A DNA stretch of 48,614 nucleotides, the filler included, from Stramenopiles sp. TOSAG23-2 (lineage: Eukaryota): the NCBI GenBank assembly GCA_900128395.1. It is 2 parts of 2 records of this genome, joined end to end, with 100 filler letters (N's around TTAATTAATTAA, not from the genome) between each part and the next. Parts side by side here need not be neighbours in the genome. Positions count along the whole stretch, not along the records: positions 1 to 24,312 come from LT649468.1; positions 24,413 to 48,614 come from LT649469.1. One strand, 5' to 3'. Under the pieces are notes generated by a model, which saw nothing but the letters and a program-made list of their open reading frames with translations, ran no database searches and was not told the origin of the DNA. A program made the translations under genes and the position numbers. Below are positions 22,294 to 33,600 of the stretch, piece by piece. Position 1 is the stretch's first letter, and every line of letters starts with the position of its first letter.

Positions 22294-24300
22294 TTAAAAA
22301 TTCATGAATATAAGAGAACTCCACAAACAAACAAAATAAATATAGCCAAAGAATACATTTGAACCGCGCAATCCCTTATCCGTTTTTTCGTTCACAGCAA
22401 TATTTTGTTTCGATGGGTTGCAATCACTACTTGGTGGTAATGACCATCCTTTTTCTTGATATGCCATACGGATAATTTCCATGTCAAGATCTGATTTCCC
22501 ACATGCTTTACATGCAATTTCAAATTGTTTATCAGCGGCAGCCTTGTCGTTTTTCTTGATTTGTAACTCCACTAAATATGACTCAGCAAGGCAAAAATTT
22601 GGAATTAATTGCAATGCTTTGTCATAATACATTTTTGATTTATCCAAATCACTTGATGCACGTTGTCGATATAATACACCTAAATCAGTATATACATAAC
22701 CTAAACATGTGGTATTACTCAAATGCGATGGAATCAACCAATCTGAACAAGATAAAGGTGAATTAGATGCGATGGACAAAAGCATTTGTTCCAACGTATT
22801 TGCATTACTTTCCGGTATCGCAGTAGTATCACCTTTGTATACCTTAACGGATGCTTTCATATACTCTGCTAACGTGGAACCACCTGCTTGGGAAATGGAA
22901 CTTGTTTTACGAGTATCAATACCATGTACACGAATTCTCTGTTTACCTTCCGAACATGCTTTACCAACATTACATGAGAAAAATCTGGTACCCATGGTTT
23001 CACATTTGAATGTAAAATTTCCGCTATTACCAACATCAGTTCGTTTTGCACTGATGGAGAAATCACAATCGATATAAGTTGGATAGCTGTATACCTCATG
23101 AACATCATGTTGAATATTTGTATTCGTCCAACTAATTTCAACTGTCTGACCAATTTCACAATGTACTAATGGCATCTCAGAAACATTGAACCATTTTGCA
23201 CCTGCTGGAACCATATAATCCCAATTAATAACCTGTTTACTTGTCTGCACTAATGCTTGAGAAGATGTACCACTGGAAGCTGTTGTTGGTGATGCAATTG
23301 TTGGCGATGCAGTAGTTGTTCCACAAAATTGTGTTTCTGGGGAGCTTGGACAGGCTGTACCTCCATTACTAGGCTGTGTCGATACGGTGTATGTTCTACT
23401 TTGTGAATTACTACTACATGTGGACCATGTTGACCATGAACCAGCACAATTTACAGGATTGCCAGTACAACTTTGTGATTCTGGTGATGATGGACATGCC
23501 GTACCACCATTACTAGGTTGTGTTGTTACCGTATATGTTCTACTTTGTGTACTGCTACTACAAGAAGACCAGGAGGACCATGAACCAGCACAATTTACAG
23601 CATCAGTACAGCTTTGTAATTCTGGTGATGATGGACATGCCGTACCACCATTACTTGGTTGTGTTGTTACCGTATATGTTCTGCTTTGTGTACTACCACT
23701 GCAGGTCGACCAAGATGACCATGAACCAGCACAATTTACAGGATCAGTACAACTTTGTGATTCTGGTGATGATGGACATGCCGTACCACCATTACTTTGT
23801 TGTGTTGTTACCGTATATGTTCTACTTTGTGTACTGCCACTGCAAGTCGACCAGGAGGACCATGAACCAGCACAATTTACAGGATCAGTACAACTTTGTG
23901 ATTCTGGTGATGATGGACATGCCGTACCACCATTACTTGGTTGTGTTGTTACCGTATATGTTCTACTTTGTGTACTACCACTGCAGGTCGACCAAGATGA
24001 CCATGAACCAGCGCAGTTTACAGCAGGAGCTGCAGCAGGCGCAGGGGCAGGGGCAGGACTTGGAGATGGCGATGGACTACCTTTACTACCAGGTAATTTT
24101 CTAGCTTTTGCTCTTAAATTCAATAACGTTCTATCATATTGATTATTCTTAGGTGCATTAGCTATTTTTTTCGTTTTTCCATTTGGTAATGTAATAGATA
24201 TTACTTTTGCTTTCAATTGCTGTGCATGTACAATCGATGAATATATGATGCATAGATTCAACAACAATATTTTTAATAATTTGCAATTCATATTTTTCAT
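22294..24300 (-). CDS. Secreted/surface protein: signal peptide, SP/AP linker, 5 thrombospondin type-1 repeats, phytocyanin/cupredoxin-like domain, TPR-like helices, C-terminal hydrophobic (GPI/TM) tail
   Basis: NCAGSWSSWSTCS...QSRTY...GGTACP x5; HDVHEV..Y.DCDF...GTRFFSCNVGKACSEG; YTDLGVLY...YYDKALQLIPN; terminal hydrophobic stretch FFGYIYFVCLWSSLIFMNF. Confidence 0.8.
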   Translation of the reverse strand: MKNMNCKLLKILLLNLCIIYSSIVHAQQLKAKVISITLPNGKTKKIANAPKNNQYDRTLLNLRAKARKLPGSKGSPSPSPSPAPAPAPAAAPAVNCAGSWSSWSTCSGSTQSRTYTVTTQPSNGGTACPSSPESQSCTDPVNCAGSWSSWSTCSGSTQSRTYTVTTQQSNGGTACPSSPESQSCTDPVNCAGSWSSWSTCSGSTQSRTYTVTTQPSNGGTACPSSPELQSCTDAVNCAGSWSSWSSCSSSTQSRTYTVTTQPSNGGTACPSSPESQSCTGNPVNCAGSWSTWSTCSSNSQSRTYTVSTQPSNGGTACPSSPETQFCGTTTASPTIASPTTASSGTSSQALVQTSKQVINWDYMVPAGAKWFNVSEMPLVHCEIGQTVEISWTNTNIQHDVHEVYSYPTYIDCDFSISAKRTDVGNSGNFTFKCETMGTRFFSCNVGKACSEGKQRIRVHGIDTRKTSSISQAGGSTLAEYMKASVKVYKGDTTAIPESNANTLEQMLLSIASNSPLSCSDWLIPSHLSNTTCLGYVYTDLGVLYRQRASSDLDKSKMYYDKALQLIPNFCLAESYLVELQIKKNDKAAADKQFEIACKACGKSDLDMEIIRMAYQEKGWSLPPSSDCNPSKQNIAVNEKTDKGLRGSNVFFGYIYFVCLWSSLIFMNF
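23328..24020. repeat. Coding tandem repeat, 5 x ~141 nt (TSP1 modules)
   Basis: gaaccagc(a/g)ca(a/g)tttacag recurs at 141-144 nt spacing with high nucleotide identity. Confidence 0.95.
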
Positions 24301-24312
24301 GTTAATTCGTAT

Positions 24313-24412
24313 NNNNNNNNNNNNNNNNNNNNNNNNNNNNNNNNNNNNNNNNNNNNTTAATTAATTAANNNNNNNNNNNNNNNNNNNNNNNNNNNNNNNN
24401 NNNNNNNNNNNN
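24313..24412. other. Artificial contig-joining spacer
   Basis: Exactly 44 N + TTAATTAATTAA (stop codons in all six frames) + 44 N = 100 nt. Confidence 0.95.
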
Positions 24413-24616
24413 AACATATATATACATATATTGTTATTGAAACAAGGTTTACACAACAAAAAACAACTTATATTATATATATATATATATTTATAATTTT
24501 AGTTTATCATAAAGTATATATATATTATATAATAGGAAAGATTAGATAATTATATATCTTATATATATATTTAGCTAAAAAAAAAAAAAAAACAAGAAGT
24601 TGTTATATACAAAATT

Positions 24617-27600
24617 ATGTCTGATCCAACATTAAATCAAAAACGTGAATTGCCACATATCTACGACAAGGATTACCAAACAACCGTGCAAAATGCAAGG
24701 CAATTAATATGCACTGGCAAAGATTTGGAAAAGAAACAACGTAAATCGGGTATGTTTGGTGGTGGTAACTGGAAAACACGAAATTGTTGGGTACCATCTC
24801 AAGGTAAGTTTGGATTAAAAACATTTTTTTGGATTCATATGACCAAAAAACTTCGTGGAAACGAACAGATACGACGTGAACATTTAATGGAAGAAGCACG
24901 TAAAAAAGGCAATTATTTTGAATTTAAAGATATTACAGACATTGCACACGATGAGAAAAATCGTAAACAATTTATCATACACGATGTACATCATTCCGAT
25001 GCACGTTTTCGTTGTCCAAGTGAAAAAGAAGCAAAAGCATGGGTTGAAGGTTTAACATTAGCAATTAATGGTAAATTGCGTTATTTATTAGAATTTACTG
25101 GTGGTGATACAACAACAGAAATATCATTTAAAAAAGATGGTACAGAGATATGGGAAGAAGGTACAATTTGTGATTATTTATTTACACAACAACAAATTGA
25201 TAAAGGTTTGCCTGGTATTCACGTTGTTGCAATTTCCGATGGAATGGGAGAAACCGTATATCAAGAAGTGGATTTTGCATTGACGGAATATCATTTAAAA
25301 CGAGGTAAAAATAAAAATTTTGCACATGAACGTGTTGGTAAAGAAGTTGAATTATACCAAAAAATGAAAAAATTGAATCAAATGAATAAATTAAAAATCA
25401 AAGGTGTAGACGGTAAAGTGAAAAAAACCACCACTACGACGACGACGACGAAAACGACGACGAAAATGAATCTTCCACCACCACCAGCATTTGCACTACC
25501 ACCACCATCAGATGATGATACACCAATGAAACGTTTATTGGTAAAAGTGAAAAAAATTTTAGGTGAACAAAATGTTTTATTGGAAATAACACAAAAACGG
25601 GAACAAGCCTTAGCACGGAAGTTGAAAGACTTGCAAGATAAATTAAAGAAAAAAGATGGTGAACTGAAACGTTTAATTGAATTCCCACCAAAAACATTAA
25701 AACCAGATGAATTGAAATGGAGTATTAAAAATTTAAAAAAACAACGGGATAAATATCGTAAGCAATTGGATTTACAATATCGCCAAGCAAAATTACAACG
25801 GGAAGAAGCAGAGAAGGAAAAGAAAAAATTACAAGATCAAATTAACGAAGCACAAAAAGCTGGAAAACTTGATCCAACACCTGCACCTCAATTTAATTAT
25901 TATTTCACTATTCCACAACTTCCAATTAAATATGGAAAAGATCCAGAAATGAAGAAAGAGGAACCACCACCACCAGCATTTGCACCACCTGGATTGCCAC
26001 CACCACCCGTATTTAACAAAGCACCGCCACCGAAACGAACACCACCTCCAAGGAAACAGCCAGACAATCAAATTGCAGCTGCAATGAACTTGATGGCACC
26101 TGATACAGAAGAGGTAAAAACAAATGCAGACAATGCTGCTGAAATTGAAGCTTTGCGTAAAAAACTAGCGATTGAAACGAAAGAGCATGAAATATACGAA
26201 ACGAAAAGTAACCAGTTGGATGCACAATTAAGTGATAAGGACAAATCATTGATGGTAACAGAAAGAGAACGTGATCAATTATTGCAAGATCTAGAAAACG
26301 AACGGAAACGTAGGGCAGAATTAAGTGCTGCTTTATTAATGGCACGGGAAGCGAAAACATTAGAAGCAGATGCTGCTGCAAGAAAAGCTGCTGCGGAGAA
26401 AGAAAAAGAATTGCAAGAAAAAATGAATAAATTGAGTAAACAACGAAGTGAATTAAATATGCAATTAGCTTCGCAAATGGAAAAGGCAAATGCAGAAAAA
26501 TCTGCAACAGATTCTCGTTTAGCACAATCGCAAAAAGATCAAAAAGCAGCCATGCAAAAGTTTCAAGATGAACATGAAAAATTGGAAAAATTGGAAGGTG
26601 AACGTGCTCAATTAATCATCATTTTACAGCAAAAGAAAGATAATTGTAAAGATTTAGAAGGACGTATTGATGCTCTTCAAGCATCATTAGATTCTACTAA
26701 AACACAATCTGCTGCTGAAAAAGAAAAAGCGGAACAGGAAAAGCAAGAATTGCAAGCTAAATTATTATTAGCAAATGGCTCATTAGAAGATACCCAAGGA
26801 CGTTTAGCAAAATTGTTAGAAGAAGAAAAAGCTGCACACCAAAAGGATATTGAAGAGTCCAAGAAACGTGAAATGGAGTTGGAAAACAAGTTGAAATCAG
26901 AATATGCATATCACGAGCAAGCGGAAACGAAATTAAGTGAAAAAGACAAATCCTTGAAAAACACGGAAAAAGAACGTGATCAGTTTTTAAATGAACTAGA
27001 AGATGAAAGGAAAAAACGCCATGGATTGCAAGCAGAGCTGTTGATGGCACGAGAAGCTGTTAAAACGGAGTCAAGCGCAGCTGCAAAAAATGCAGCAGAA
27101 GAAAAAGAGAAAGAATTGCAAGTTGCCATTGCAGATTTAAACAAGCAACGAAACGAATTACAAATACGTTTGAAATTGGAGATTGAAACATTGCAAAATG
27201 AACAGAAAAGTACAAATGATCAATTAGCCCATACGCAGCAAGAGCAACAACAAGCAATGGAACAATTTCAAAATGAACATGAGAAATTAGCGAAAGTAGA
27301 AGCAGAGCGTGCACAATTATTAATTGTTATACAAAACAATAAATCGGATTGCAAAGAGTTAAAAGATCAAATTGATGATTTGCAAAGTAAAATTAAAAAC
27401 AAAGATTCCATATCAAAAAAAGAACATGATCAAAATGTCAAAGATGTAAAAGCATTGGAAAAGAAGTTGAAACTTGCTAACGATGCGCTTGAAAATACGC
27501 AAGGAGAATTGGCAAGATTATTAAAAGAAGAAAAAGCAGCGCATGAAAAAGATGCGGAAGAATTTAGAAAATACAAAGCAGACATGGAAGCACGTTTAGC

Positions 27601-30600
27601 AGAGGAGGAAAAGTTTCATACAAATGCAATCAACGAAAGGGAAAAACTTATAACAGAATTAGATGCTGAGAAACATGAACGGAATGACCTTGAAGTTCAA
27701 CTACGTGCTGCTAGAGAGATGCAAAAGCAATCCGATGCTGAATTAAGAAAAGCAGCAGAAGAGAAAGAAAAAGAATTGCAAAAGCAAATTAAAGAACTTG
27801 GTAAAAAACGCCTAAGTCTGAAAGAGCAATTAGAAAAAACCATGAAAGATCTGGATAATGAACGCAACATCGCAAATGAAACCATAGCAGCTGAGAGGGA
27901 TAGACAACGCCAACTCTTGGAGCAATATGAAGCAGAACATAGTAAATATGAAGTTACCGAGCATAAACGCGCTGCCCTGGAAGTAGAACTAGCTGCAAAC
28001 AAAAGCAATTGCAAATCACTTGAAGGTCGCATTGATGAGTTACAAAAAATACTGAATAATAAATCAAAGCAATCAAAACAAGAATTGAATGATGCTGCAA
28101 AGGAAAAAGAAGCACTGCAAGCGCAATTGTTAATGGCAAATTCAAACTTAAGTGATACAGAAGGACGTTTAGCAAAATTATTAGAAGAAGAAAAAGCAGC
28201 ACATCAAAAAGATATTGAAAATTTCAATGACAAAAAAGAGCAATTAGAACAACTAATTCAAGATGAGAAAAAAGAACAGGAAGTGTTAAAATCAGAGCTA
28301 CAAGATGCCAAAAACGATGTGGAGGCTAGCAAAAATAAGTCAAAAGAGCAACAACGTCTTGCCATGGAAAAACAAGCAGAGCTGGAATTAAAAATCAATG
28401 TCCAACATGGTTTAACAAATACGTTGAAAGATCAACTAGAAGCGTTGAAGGAGAAAGAAGCAAAGGAAGTTGCAATGGCCAATGAAAAGCAACGTTTATC
28501 AGAGCTTGAAATTCAACGTTTAAAAGATGAATTAGATCAATACAAACGCGACTTAGAAGCAGCAGAAAGTGAAGCGGAGATGACCTCCAATCAACTTGAC
28601 AAAGTAATGTCAGCTAATTCACAAAATGAAAAGCAGAAAAGTGCTGCAAGAGAAATGCATGCAAATGCAGAAAGACAGCGAAAGGAATTACACGATGCGC
28701 ACGAGGAACTACGACGCCAATTAGAATTTGAAAAAGAAAAACAAAAACAATTGGTGGATAAAGATGCTGCATTATTAAAAGCAGAACGTGAAAAACACGC
28801 AGAAGAGCAAAAACGTTTGAAACAAGAGCTAGCGTTGGAAAAAGAAAAAGAGGAAGAGATTGAACGTAAACGTGGTATATTGCAACGAAATTTAGATCAA
28901 GAGCGTGAGGAAAGTAAATTTTTAGCAGAGGAGTTAGAAAAATTAAAAAAGCAAATGCAAGATCAAGCAAATAAATCATCCGAGGAGATTGAAAAAGAAA
29001 AAGAGATGGAAAAAAATTTGCAAGACCAACTCCAACAAAGCAATCAAACAATCGATTTGATCCGTCAAGATCTTGAAAAGGCATTAAAGGAGGAAAAGAA
29101 AGCAAGAAGAGAAGAAAAAAAAAGAGCTGATATGAAAACGGCGGAATTGGAAGATCATTTGAAAAAAGGCGAGGAAATGCAACAAAATTTAACAGAGAAA
29201 ATTAAAAAGTTAGAGCAAAGCCTGAATGAAGAGCTGGACAATGAAAGACGCCTGGAGATGGGTAGAACCCAAGTAAAGCGACGTTTAGATAAGGAGCGTG
29301 GAGTTGTTGAGAAACTATTGCGCAAGATTGGGGAATTGAAAAATGAACGTTTGCATAACAAGGAAATGACGGATGAAATGAAACGTGATGCAAGGCGCAA
29401 AGAAGCAAATTTGAACAAAGAGCTAGCTGTCACGCAGGCTAAAGTTAAAGAAATTGAGGAAAATCTAAAGAAAGAACTTGAAATGGAACAAGGGGCGCAT
29501 AAAGAAGATTTGTTAAAATTAAAAGCAATTACCCAGAAGAAAGATGAAATTGAAACGCATCTGAATGATGAATTGTCTAACAATGCCGCATTGCAAGATG
29601 AACTAGAACGTTTAAAGAAAATGATGGCGGATAAAGAAGCAAAAAATACAAAAATTCACCAAGATGATAGAGATGAAATTGCACGATCGGAGGAACAATT
29701 GAAAAAATCAGACATCATGTTAAACGATATTCGCGACAAGCATAAGAAACAATTGGAGGAAGAAGAGGCAATGCACAGCAAAGCGCAATTAGCAATGGAA
29801 CAACGCAAAAAAGAATTGGAATCAAAATTAGAAGAGGAAAAGAAACGGGAAGCAGAATTAAATAATAATTTGAAACGTTTACGAAAAGACATAGACGATG
29901 GTAAAAAACGTGAAGATGACCTTGTCAATCAACGTAACGAAGTGGAAGGTTTACTGGAGGACAAAGAGAGTGAAAATACTGATTTAAAGGAACAGCTAAA
30001 ACGATTGCTAGAAAGCAATGAGAAAGGCAATAAATCCTCACAAGAAAGAGATGCAGAAATTAAGCGATTGCAAGCACGCATTGTACAAAGCGATAAAGAG
30101 ATGGATGCCGTGAAAGCGCGTTTGAGCAAGCAATTGCAAGATGAAAAAATAGCCCATAAAGCAGATGCCGACAAAGCCCAAGAAGAACAAAAATCGTTGC
30201 AAAAGAAATTGAGGGAAGAAGATGCTCGATGGAAACTTTTAAATGAAGGATTAAAATCCGAATTGGAGAATTTGGATCAAAAAGAAAAAGAGGAAAGACG
30301 GCTATTGGATTTAGCGATGGAGGAGCAAGGCCAATTGGAAACTCGGTTGGACGATGCCTCAAAACGATATGATCTTGTAACGTTAGATAATAAACAAAAA
30401 GAAGAAGAAATTGCAGAGCTAAAAAAGGAATTGCAAAAGTTAACGAAAAGTATTAACGATGCTCAAAATCAAGTATTAATGAAAGAAGATGATGTGAAAA
30501 AAGCAGATAAATTATACAAAGATGCAGAAGATGCAAAGAATCATCGTGAAGAAGAGTTACGCCAAATGGAAGAAGATTTCCGCAATAAAACATTAAATGC

Positions 30601-33600
30601 AGATGCAGATTTCGATGATTTAAATAAGCAACTTGAAGCGTTGAAGAAACAAATCAAAGAAAAAGAACAAGAAAAAGAAGCATTGAATAAGCAACTCGGA
30701 GACACTGAAGCGGAAAGGGAAAAGCTTGCAGTTGACAATAAAAATCTAGAAACCATGAAAGAAAAAGTCGAAGAGCAATTTAAGAATAGTACGGAAATAA
30801 ACGAAGTTTTAGAACAAGAAGTCAAAACTCAAAAGGAAGAAGTTGAAAATCAAAAAACTCAACTTGGTGAAAAAGACGATGAAATCGAAAATCAAAAAGC
30901 TCAACTTGGTGAAAAAGACGATGAAATCGAAGAGTTAAGAGATCAGCTTATGCAAATTGGGGGCAAAGTCAATGAGCATAAAGAGTCACATAGCAAATTA
31001 GCAAAACAACACGATGAGGAAAAAGCGAAATTGAAAAAAGACTTGAAGAAGGCAGAGCAAGAGCGTAAGTCACACGAAGCAAGTGCAAAGAAACATATGC
31101 AAGCTAAGGAATCATTGGAAAAAACGATGAAAGATTCAGAAAAGAAATTAAAAGAGTTAAAAGAACAACAAAAAAAATTAAAATCTGAAGCATCCAATGC
31201 ACAAAATCAAAGCAAACAGCATAAGCAAAAAGTAAATAATTTGCAGGAAGAACTTAAGAATGCGAAGGAAAGTAATAAAAATTTAAAAAATACTGTTGGA
31301 GAGAAAGACGATGAAATAAAAAAATTGAAAGAAAAAAGCCATGATGTAGACCATTTAGAAAATGAAATAAAACATTTGAAAGAGGAAAATGAAAGATTGA
31401 AAAATAGACCAATGCCAGAAGAAGAAGACGAAAACTTTAATAAGGTGACTACGCAACAAAAAAAATCAAAAAGTAAACCACCTGAGAATGATCGCCCACC
31501 AGCAAATGATGAGCAGATTGAAAAATTAAAAGTGGAATTAAAGGATAAAACAAAAGAACGTAGTAATTTATGTTGGTTATTAGCTTTGTTGATATTATTA
31601 ATAGCATTGTTATGTGGTAAAATATTTTTACTAGGAGATGACTCTAATAAACAAGAAGATGATGATCGATTCAACAAATTGCAAATCAAATATAATACGC
31701 AAGTGAAGCAATATAGTTTGTTGGAAACAGATATGAAAAATGCAAAATATCAACATGGACGTTTATTAACGGAGGCAAAAACGGCGGAAGAAAAATCCAA
31801 GCAAAATGCCCTTACGCAAACAAATTATTACAAGAAAGAAAAAGCTGCACATGCTACAAAAAAGACACGTATTACTGAATTGGAGAAAGAGATTGCTGCT
31901 TTGAAAAAAGAATTGAAAGCTATTAAATACAAAGAATCACAATTAGCTGCTGGTCAATCTGGTAATGAAAAGCAATTGACGAAGTTGCAAGATGAAATTA
32001 AACGTTTGAAAAAAGAAAAAAGTGACCTGTCTGATGAATTGAAGCAGTGCAACCGAAAGAAAAAGGAAGCACAATCTGAAGCAAAAGTAAGCAAAGCTGC
32101 ATTATCCACAGCAAAAGAAGAAATGGTAGCAAAAGTTAAGACAATTGAAGCTAAAGTTAAGACAATTGAAGCTCGTGATGCCGAAATTGTAGAATTGAAA
32201 AAGAAAATCAAAAATCTAGAATCATCGCTTGCTGCGGAGACAGCAGCAGTTGCAAAGTTGAAGCAAACAGCAAGTGCATCTTCATCTCAATTACAAAAAG
32301 ATGTAAATAAACGAGATGATGAAATTAAGAAATTAAAAGCACAAATTAAAACATTGCAAGCATCTGAGAAAGAATTAAAAACAACTATTGAAAACTTAAA
32401 GAATGAAGTTAAGAAATTAAAAGAAGATAGAAAACAAGCACAATATAGAATTGATGCTGCAAATGGTTTGGTAAAAGAGAAGGAAAATTCATTGCAAAAG
32501 CAAGTTAAAGCATACGATGCTTTGAATGCAAAAGCACAAACATTATCAGCCGAAAAAGATAAATTAACAAAAGACAAATATGATTTAGAGCAAAAATTAA
32601 AAAAAGTGGAATATAATTTATCAACAGCAAATGGTGAATTAAAAACATCAAAAGCAACTATTAATACACAAACAAAGAAAATTGCTACATTATCAGCCGA
32701 GAAAGATAAATTAACAAAAGACAAATATGATTTAGAGCAAAAATTAAAAAAAGTGGAATATAATTTATCAACAGCAAATGGTGAATTAAAAACATCAAAA
32801 GCAACTATTAATACGCAAACAAAGAAAATTGCTACATTATCAGCCGAGAAAGATAAATTAACAAAAGACAAATATGATTTAGAGCAAAAATTAAAAAAAG
32901 TGGAATATAATTTATCAACAGCAAATGGTGAATTAAAAACATCTAAAGCAACTATTGATACGCAAACGAAAGAAATTGCAAAGAAAAAACAAAAAATCAA
33001 AGAATTGTTAGATGAAATTGCTAAATTAAAGAATGTTGGTGGAAATGCAGATGGGCGAGTGAAACAATTGGAAAAAGATGTTGCTAACTTGAAAGCAAAA
33101 TTAGAAAAACAAGAAAAATCATATGAAACATTACAAAGTGCGAAGAATGTTGTAGATGTATCAGAGAAAAAATTGAAAACATCAACTTATAATTTAGAAC
33201 AAGAATTAAAGAAATTGAAATCTAAATTAGATACGACGGAACGTAATTTAAAGACATTAAAAACAAGCACTGATAAATCCATTGCAAATTTACAAACTCA
33301 AGTAAAAGATAAAGAAAGCGCTATTAATAAAGAGACAAAGGCGCATAAGAAAGATAATACGGAGAAAAATGAGGAAATTACTAAATTAACCAAAAAGTTA
33401 AAAGATAATAGCTATAAACAAGGTACTTCCAATAAAGATTATGAATATAAAATTACACAATTGAATAAAGAGATTGGTGTACTTGGTGGTAAAATCGATA
33501 AATTGCAAAAAGAAAATGAACAAATTGCAGCTTTAGATACCAAATTAAAAGCATCTCAAAGTGAATTAAACAAATTAACTAAACAACGTGATGAGGAACA

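Noticed and set aside
23387-24142. Plus-strand repetitive ORFs of 251 and 194 aa
   Set aside because: Antisense shadows of the TSP1 repeat array; the minus-strand frame carries the recognisable domain.
24357-24368. TTAA repeats as a piggyBac target site or biological palindrome
   Set aside because: Centred within symmetric N runs; an artificial linker.
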